A stretch of 64,000 nucleotides of DNA from Chloroflexota bacterium (GTDB lineage: Bacteria; Chloroflexota; UBA11872; VXOZ01), in contig CAXXVD010000003.1 of the NCBI GenBank assembly GCA_963662335.2, positions 512,001 through 576,000 on the forward strand, read 5' to 3'. Each line of letters begins with the position of its first letter. Positions within the stretch are counted from its first letter, which is position 1. The notes under the pieces were generated by a model. That model ran no database searches. It saw nothing but the letters and a program-made list of their open reading frames with translations, and was not told the DNA's origin. Below are positions 57,787-64,000 of this stretch, piece after piece. The position numbers were made by a program, and so were the translations under genes.

Positions 57787-58004
57787 TGTGCTCTCCCGCG
57801 TAGATTACATGAAAACAGTGGCTCTATTATTCACGCGCCGCTGTCTTGAGCGCAAGAAGCGCGGGCACGGGCGTGTCCGCTCACCTGCCATCTAGCGCGG
57901 TCGGGATATTCCCAATGCGCGTGCTACCTGCTATCATGATTTCCAAATTCGCGCGCAGAAGTCGGAAGTGTACACTCCGATTGAGACATGAGGAGAGTCC
58001 CGCT

Positions 58005-58985
58005 ATGGCAAGCACGTTGCGAACCGGCGTCATCGGCTGCGGAGGCCTGGGCCCGAGCGAGGCCAAGATTTCGCATGAGATGGACGGCATCGAACTGGTC
58101 GGCGTGGTGGACGTGAACCTCGAATCCGCCCAGGCGGTGGCGGACGAGCTTGGCGTCAAGGCCTTCGACAACCACGGCGATCTTCTCGCTGAGGGGCTCG
58201 ACGCCGTCTTGGTGGTGACGCCCACCTGGACGCACCGGGAAATCTGCGTGGACGCGGCAAACGCCGGCATCGCCATCTTCTGCGAGAAGCCGATGGCGCT
58301 CAAGCTGGACGACTGCGACGCCATGATCGCCGCCGCCGAGAAGAACGGCGTGCCGCTGATGCTCGGCTTCGTGATGCGCTACTGGCCGATCTACGTCGAA
58401 ATCCACAAGCGGCTGGAGAACGGCGACATCGGTGACCTCAAACTGGCGTGGTCGACGCGCCTCAGCGGCCGGCCGCCGTTTGGCGTGGGCGAGTGGCGGC
58501 TGCGGCGCGAGACCGTGGGCGGCACGTGGTCGTCGTCGGTGCACGAACTCGACCTGCTGCTCTGGATGGGCGGCCCGGTGGCCTCGGTGCACGGCAACGC
58601 CACCTTTGGCACGTTTGCCAATACGGACGTCGAGGACACGTTCATTACGACGCTGAACTATGCAAACGGTGCGATTGGGTCGCTGCACAGCAGCCAGATC
58701 TACCCGGCGGGCGCGTCCAACTTCGGCCTCGCCGGCACCAAAGGCGCAATTCACATCAACCGGCACTCCGATCCGCTCTTGGTGACTCACGACGGCTCAC
58801 GCGAGCAGATCGAGGTGGAATCCAGCAGCGTGGGTATGACCAACCAACTCGCCGCGTTCTACGACTGCGCCCGCAGCGGCGCGACCCCCATGCCCGACGG
58901 CCACGACGGCCGCCGCGCGTTGGAGGTGTGCCTGGCGACGTTCATGTCGGCGGAGCAGGGCGGGGATATTCAACTGCCGCTCTAG
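58005..58985 (+). CDS. Gfo/Idh/MocA family oxidoreductase
   Basis: GVIGCGG, CEKPMA, GFVMRY, VHELD; AGGAG RBS. Confidence 0.9.
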   Translation: MASTLRTGVIGCGGLGPSEAKISHEMDGIELVGVVDVNLESAQAVADELGVKAFDNHGDLLAEGLDAVLVVTPTWTHREICVDAANAGIAIFCEKPMALKLDDCDAMIAAAEKNGVPLMLGFVMRYWPIYVEIHKRLENGDIGDLKLAWSTRLSGRPPFGVGEWRLRRETVGGTWSSSVHELDLLLWMGGPVASVHGNATFGTFANTDVEDTFITTLNYANGAIGSLHSSQIYPAGASNFGLAGTKGAIHINRHSDPLLVTHDGSREQIEVESSSVGMTNQLAAFYDCARSGATPMPDGHDGRRALEVCLATFMSAEQGGDIQLPL

Positions 58986-59219
58986 CGGCGCAACGCTCTC
59001 GCATTGACGGGTAGCGTAGGTTTGTAACCTGCGCCAGTGCGGGTAATTGCTGCCCACGCATTCCCACCATTGGCGCGTAGCCAAAGTGCACGGCTGTTGG
59101 CGCGCTTGGCCGGTTTGCATCGCTCTGCCAGATTGCCGGAAAAACACCGGCGCTTGACCGCCCGCCGTTTGCGGATGTACGGTGAAGTTAGACGCTGTTG
59201 ACGCAACAGGAATGGCGAC

Positions 59220-59588
59220 ATGGCAACGGAAGTAGAGCGCCCGCCGGAAGACTATGCCACCAAGGCAGAATTGAAGGCGTTGGAACACCGTATCGACGCC
59301 GGCTTCGCAGAGTTGCGGCACGCCATAGAGCTGATCGCCGCAAATACGCGCACCGATATGGCGAACCTGCGTACCGATATGGAGAGTCTGCGCACCGACA
59401 TGGAGCGCTTTCGCACCGATATGGAGGGCATGCGCACTGACTTCGCCGACTTCAAGGCCGACATCAAGATCGACGTGGCCAACCGCCACAACGCGCAGGT
59501 GAAGTGGCTCATCGGTGTGGCCTTGGCGGCAATCGTCGTGGTGCTGGCGGGCCTCGAATTGATACCGCGCTTCTGGCCGGTAGGCTAG
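59220..59588 (+). CDS. DUF1640/CCDC90-like coiled-coil membrane protein
   Basis: YATKAEL neck, (M/F)xx(L/F/M)RTD heptads (21-bp DNA repeats), KWLIG followed by a TM anchor. Confidence 0.78.
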   Translation: MATEVERPPEDYATKAELKALEHRIDAGFAELRHAIELIAANTRTDMANLRTDMESLRTDMERFRTDMEGMRTDFADFKADIKIDVANRHNAQVKWLIGVALAAIVVVLAGLELIPRFWPVG

Positions 59589-59649
59589 CCCCGGCGCGGG
59601 GCGCGCAGCCCAGGCGCGCACGGATGCAAGTTGAGAAACGGAGTGACCG

Positions 59650-59931
59650 ATGGCGGTCTTCGACACACACAAGACGTTCATGGCGTTCGTAAAGGCCGGG
59701 ATACCGGAAAGTCACGCGGCCGTGCTGGTTGAGGCGATACACGACCGGCGCGACAACCTTGTGACGACAGACGCCTTGAACGCGGCAATCGCCGACTTGA
59801 AAGTAGACATTGCCGACCGCTTCAGCGCCCAGCAGCGCTGGCTCGTCGGCCTCGTCTTCGCTACGGCCGGCCTGGCGATAGCGGCGCTTGGCCTACTGCT
59901 GGCGCCCTTCTTTGACGTTTTGCCGGCGTAG
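59650..59931 (+). CDS. DUF1640/CCDC90-like protein
   Basis: FDTH...AGIPESHA head, LVTTDAL neck, RWLVG followed by a TM anchor. Confidence 0.78.
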   Translation: MAVFDTHKTFMAFVKAGIPESHAAVLVEAIHDRRDNLVTTDALNAAIADLKVDIADRFSAQQRWLVGLVFATAGLAIAALGLLLAPFFDVLPA

Positions 59932-60121
59932 CGCGCCCGCAAGGGTACGTCCACGCTTGGCATGGCGCTTTGCCCCTGAAGCAAGCGGCTGCGCTTTCCT
60001 TGCAGTACGCGCGCAACGCCTCGGCGAAGGCTATGGTATAGTAGTGACGCTGCCGTAGTGATAGTCTGTACCTTCAAGGCAGTGTGAAACGTGTAGAAGA
60101 GACCATTCAAGGAGGTCTTGC

Positions 60122-61513
60122 ATGCTAAGCGATAAGCGCATCTCACGGAGCCAGTTCCTGCGCGGCGGTGCGGCATTGGTCGGCGGCTCGGCGTTGTTGG
60201 CGGCCTGCGCCCAGGGCGGCATGGCCCCCGCGGCGCCGGCCGACGGCGGCGAACAGGCCGCGGAAGCGGAAAAGCCCGCGATGGCGGAGCCGACGGAAAT
60301 CACCTTCCTCTGGCCCCACTATTCTGCCGGCAAGAGCCGCTGGCTGGAGTGGATTATCGAGACTTACAACGGTAAGGAAACGGGCGTCCACGTAAACACC
60401 ATGGACGTTGCCGGCTCATTTGGCGGCAATCCCAGGACAAAGCTCCTCGCCACGGTGGCCGGCGGCGCGGCCCCGGATATGGGCTGGTTCGGTGTGGGCA
60501 TCCATCCTTTTGCCGGTATCCTCTACGACGCCAACGAACTGCTCAAGGGCCTCAAGTACGACATGAGCCAGCTCAATCAGACCCTGGTCAACGGCCTCAC
60601 CTGGCAGGGCAAGCTGGTGGCGGCCCCTATTGGCATCAACACCACGGCCTGGTTCTACAATAAGGAACTCTTCGACAGAGCCGGCGTGCCCTATCCCCAG
60701 GATAGCGACACGTTCGAGGACCGGCTCGCAGCGGCGCAGCAGGTGTCCACCAGCCTGAGCACCGCCGACGAGAAGATCTGGGGCGTGGCGACCGTCCACT
60801 ACGTCGCCTACTGGATCGCCGGCATGTATCAGGGCTTCATGGACGATTCCGGTACCGAGGTGACAGTAAACGGCCCGCTTGGGCTCGAGTCAGTCCAATG
60901 GTGGCGGGACAACTGGGCCAAGTACGAGGTCGGCCCGCGGCCTGAGGACTACAACCGCCAGGAGGACGCGCAGTTCTTCAATTCGTTTGCCAACGGCAAG
61001 GTCGCCATGGCCGTCTACGGCACGTGGGGCCTGGAGCCGATCCGCCGCCACGAGGCCGGCGTGGACTTCGACATCGTCGAGCAGCCGACGGCGGTTGGCG
61101 ACGGGCAGGAAGGCAAAGGCGCGTTCTTCGGTATCGAGGAGATCTTCACGGTGGCAACCACCAAGAAGCTGGACGCCGCCGCCGAGTTTCTCTCCTTCCT
61201 GGTGGGACCGGAGCACCTGAGCTGGACCGGCGGCCAGGGCAATATCATCCCGGCCATCAACTCGATCGCCGAAGAGGTCTTCGTCCCGACAGAAGATAGC
61301 CCTGACCCGGCGAACCTATTGGCGTTCGCCCGGGCGGCCGATTACGCCAAGCCGTACTTCCCGCATCCCCAGTATGGTGAGTTGCGGGGCGCCTACGGCG
61401 AAGCCATGAGCCCGTGGTGGAGCGAAGAGGCGACCACCGCTGCGCAGGCTTTGGAAAAGGCGGAGGAAGACTGCCAGGTGATCGTGGACGATTGGAACGC
61501 CGCCAACCTGTAA
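60122..61513 (+). CDS. Carbohydrate-type ABC solute-binding lipoprotein
   Basis: SRSQFL...LAAC, GAAPD, FYNKELFDRAG, FANGKVAM; AAGGAGG RBS. Confidence 0.88.
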   Translation: MLSDKRISRSQFLRGGAALVGGSALLAACAQGGMAPAAPADGGEQAAEAEKPAMAEPTEITFLWPHYSAGKSRWLEWIIETYNGKETGVHVNTMDVAGSFGGNPRTKLLATVAGGAAPDMGWFGVGIHPFAGILYDANELLKGLKYDMSQLNQTLVNGLTWQGKLVAAPIGINTTAWFYNKELFDRAGVPYPQDSDTFEDRLAAAQQVSTSLSTADEKIWGVATVHYVAYWIAGMYQGFMDDSGTEVTVNGPLGLESVQWWRDNWAKYEVGPRPEDYNRQEDAQFFNSFANGKVAMAVYGTWGLEPIRRHEAGVDFDIVEQPTAVGDGQEGKGAFFGIEEIFTVATTKKLDAAAEFLSFLVGPEHLSWTGGQGNIIPAINSIAEEVFVPTEDSPDPANLLAFARAADYAKPYFPHPQYGELRGAYGEAMSPWWSEEATTAAQALEKAEEDCQVIVDDWNAANL

Positions 61514-61559
61514 ACTGGCGGACCAACGTATCGCCTGACACGAATTCGATTAGGCAGCA

Positions 61560-61593
61560 AGAAGCCCGGAGAGTGTCTCTCCGGGCTTCTTCA
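61560..61593. terminator. Bidirectional intrinsic terminator
   Basis: AGAAGCCCGGAGAG-TGT-CTCTCCGGGCTTCT hairpin between convergent genes. Confidence 0.7.
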
Positions 61594-61697
61594 TTGGTGC
61601 TCTGCCGTACGTACGGTATGTCGAAGCGCAGCGGTCGCGGGCGCAACGCCGGGGCGACAAAGTCCGGCAATTCTCTGGATTGTTCGCCGCCCGGCTG

Positions 61698-62168
61698 CTA
61701 GTTGGCGAAGAACTGCGTCAGCAAGAAGATCACGATTGCCACCTGCGCGCCCGCGGAGGCGAATATCATCGCTCCCATGCGCACCGTCAGGTCATGCCGC
61801 AGGCGCAACTCCAGCTTTTCCAAGTCGGCCTCGCTCTTCTGCGCCAACGCTTCTATGTCCGCGCTTGTTTTTTGCGCCAACGCTTCCAGGTCCGCTTTCG
61901 TGGCCAGCGCTTCCATTTCAGCGCTGGTCTTCTGCGCCAGCGCTGCTATGTCCGCGCTTGTTTTTTGCGCCAACGCTTCCAGGTCCGCTTTCGTGGCCAG
62001 TGTTTCCATTTCAGCGCTCGTCTTCTGCGCCAACGCTTCCAGGTCCGCTTTCGTGGCCACAGTGTTCTGCCCCACGCCCACCACGCGCACGATTTCCTCG
62101 GCCTGCGCCTCCTCGAAACCCACTCCCTGCAACTGCTTGACCGCTTGGTGAGTATCCGCTATTGCCAT
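61698..62168 (-). CDS. DUF1640/CCDC90-like protein with internal tandem repeats
   Basis: ADTH...GFEEAQAE head, 3x ATKADLEALAQKTSA, C-terminal TM. Confidence 0.82.
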   Translation of the reverse strand: MAIADTHQAVKQLQGVGFEEAQAEEIVRVVGVGQNTVATKADLEALAQKTSAEMETLATKADLEALAQKTSADIAALAQKTSAEMEALATKADLEALAQKTSADIEALAQKSEADLEKLELRLRHDLTVRMGAMIFASAGAQVAIVIFLLTQFFAN

Positions 62169-62261
62169 CGGCCTCTCTCCTCGTGTGCGCCCGGCGGCTG
62201 CCTGTCACGTCCAGTATACCAGGCATAGGCGCCTACTCCGCAATACTTACACACCAACTTG

Positions 62262-63260
62262 CTAAGGACTTGGCACCGCCAGCGTCTTGCCGGTTTCCGC
62301 CGCCTCAACCGCCTTGAGGCACGCGATGGCGCTGCGCGCGCCCTCGTGGACGTCGCAGAAGAGGGGAGTGTCGTCCAAGAGGCTATCCACCACGCTATCC
62401 ACCTCCGCAGCGTAGCCATCCCGCCCGGTCTGAGGCGGAGAGGGCAGCGGCACCGCCTCGCTTGACCCCTTCCGATGGATTTTGTCCCACACCACGCTCG
62501 CCTTGCTGCCGTGGACTTCCAGGCCGTAGAAGGAGTCGAATATGTAGTTCGACGCCCAACACACCGTGATGCTGCCGGTGGCGCCGGATGCGAAACGGTA
62601 GAGCGCCGTTACCGATTCGTCCCTCGGATTGCCGGGCATCGCCAGGCCCCGGTTCTGCATCGCTTGCACCTCCACCACGTCACCGGCGTACCAGCGCATC
62701 AGGTCAACCGGATGCACGCCCATGGTGAGCATCGGCAGCGAGTAGCTATTGTTCGCCGTTTCCAGGAAACCGGCGCTCCGTTGCATAGCGTTCGTAAGGT
62801 AGTGCGTGCGCAAGGCGTAGAGCCTGCCCAGTTCGCCGGCGTCCACCATCTCCTTGACCACGCGGTAGCGCGGCCGCGTGCGCAGCACGTGCCCCGCAGC
62901 CACGCGGGTCTTAGCGGCATCGGCGCGCTCGACCACTTGCAGGCAGTCTGCGACACTCGTGGCCATGGGCTTTTCCACGAACACGTGCTTGCCGGCGTCC
63001 AGCGCGGCCAGCGTAAAGGGCGCGTGGAGCCTATCCGGCGCGTGGATGGAAACCAGGTCGATCTCGTCGTGGCGCAGCAGCGCCGCAAAGTCCGCGTAGC
63101 CGTGCGCCACGCCGTACTTTGCTTGCAAGCCGTGGCGATGGTCATCGCGCACGTCGCAGACGGCGGCCACTTCCGCCCGCGGGTTGGTGGCGTAGGCGTC
63201 CAGAAAGCGGCCGCCGTTGCCGCCCAGTCCGACAATGCCGACCCGTAGCTTCGCGCTCAC
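62262..63260 (-). CDS. Gfo/Idh/MocA family oxidoreductase
   Basis: VGIVGLG, GKHVFVEKPMA, GVHPVD; GAGGAGG RBS. Confidence 0.9.
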   Translation of the reverse strand: MSAKLRVGIVGLGGNGGRFLDAYATNPRAEVAAVCDVRDDHRHGLQAKYGVAHGYADFAALLRHDEIDLVSIHAPDRLHAPFTLAALDAGKHVFVEKPMATSVADCLQVVERADAAKTRVAAGHVLRTRPRYRVVKEMVDAGELGRLYALRTHYLTNAMQRSAGFLETANNSYSLPMLTMGVHPVDLMRWYAGDVVEVQAMQNRGLAMPGNPRDESVTALYRFASGATGSITVCWASNYIFDSFYGLEVHGSKASVVWDKIHRKGSSEAVPLPSPPQTGRDGYAAEVDSVVDSLLDDTPLFCDVHEGARSAIACLKAVEAAETGKTLAVPSP

Positions 63261-63331
63261 TTGTCCCTCCTCTTACGCTCCGTGCGCCATCTTCACTACA
63301 ATCGCCGAGTATGTCTCCGGCACGCGCCGCG

Positions 63332-64000
63332 TCAGACGTCGCCGTAGCCCACCGCCGCCAGCCACGCGCGTGCGATGACGGCATGGCCGGGCGTATCGGG
63401 ATGGATGCGGTCCGCCGCCCAGACGTGCGGCGGCTGCGCCTCGATCGCCGCGTCGAATGCCGCCTGCGTGCGCACGAGAATCGCGCTGAACTCCGCTGCC
63501 AGACGGTGCACGACCGCGACGTAGGCATCGATATAGGCACGGAAGTACATCCAGCCGGCAGCCAGCAGCGCGTTGTCTCGCGCGCCGCGGCCGCGCAACT
63601 CGCCGAATTGTCCCTGCACGTCCGCCAGACTCACGCCGGATACCGCCGCCGGCTCGCCCCGCAGCGGCGGCTCGATCACGTAGGGCTCCATCAGAATCAG
63701 CTTGCCGTTGGCGGCGGCCGGCGTCTGCCGGAGCAGCGAGCGGTACGTCGCTTCATATTCGGCAAGCGGCACGTGGTCCGCCAGATTGCCAATGATAAGA
63801 CGCCCCACGTCGTTGATGCCGACCTTCACCGAGAGCCAGTCCGGTTCTTCAGCCAGCACGTCCTCCCGCCAGCGCGCCGCCAGATCGCGTATGGTGTTGC
63901 CGCCAATCCCGCGATTGACGATCGTCAGCCCGTGCGCCGGATACCGCGCGTGCAGCAAACCCCGCGCCAGATTGACGTAGCCCCTGCCGTACGGTCCGTC
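63332..64000 (-). CDS. SGNH/GDSL hydrolase (5' end outside the window)
   Basis: G.GYV, NRGIGGN (block II), VGIND (block III), DRIHP (block V). Confidence 0.85.
   Translation of the reverse strand, partial: DGPYGRGYVNLARGLLHARYPAHGLTIVNRGIGGNTIRDLAARWREDVLAEEPDWLSVKVGINDVGRLIIGNLADHVPLAEYEATYRSLLRQTPAAANGKLILMEPYVIEPPLRGEPAAVSGVSLADVQGQFGELRGRGARDNALLAAGWMYFRAYIDAYVAVVHRLAAEFSAILVRTQAAFDAAIEAQPPHVWAADRIHPDTPGHAVIARAWLAAVGYGDV

Overview
A high-GC bacterial chromosomal window, most likely Chloroflexota. This is an inference from the monoderm-type LCP, the FtsH N-terminus and the many Tat-type lipoprotein sugar-binding proteins. Housekeeping genes are argJ, cysK, tgt, gcvT-H-PA-PB, mazG, family-4 UDG, mutM, ftsH and tRNA-Thr(TGT). 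They are interleaved with catabolic accessory genes: 5 orphan ABC solute-binding lipoproteins, 4 Gfo/Idh/MocA oxidoreductases, 2 sulfatases, a DUF3604-like metallohydrolase and several other hydrolases. No CRISPR array, prophage, integrase or intact transposase was seen. The most unusual signals are: (1) an intact glxB-C-D/mgsABC-like cluster whose catalytic motifs are systematically replaced; (2) a sulfatase with Thr at the formylglycine position and a transaldolase-fold protein with a remodelled substrate site; (3) a dense set of REP-like palindromes, including an exact 94-bp hetero-REP element in 3 copies, a perfect 66-bp palindrome, a 21-bp tandem array grown from a REP tail, and a REP pair inserted in frame in a DUF2851 gene; (4) four dispersed DUF1640/CCDC90-like membrane-anchored coiled-coil genes with variable repeats; (5) a small AT-richer island of unknown ORFs. 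All family assignments come from motif recognition by eye, not database searches.
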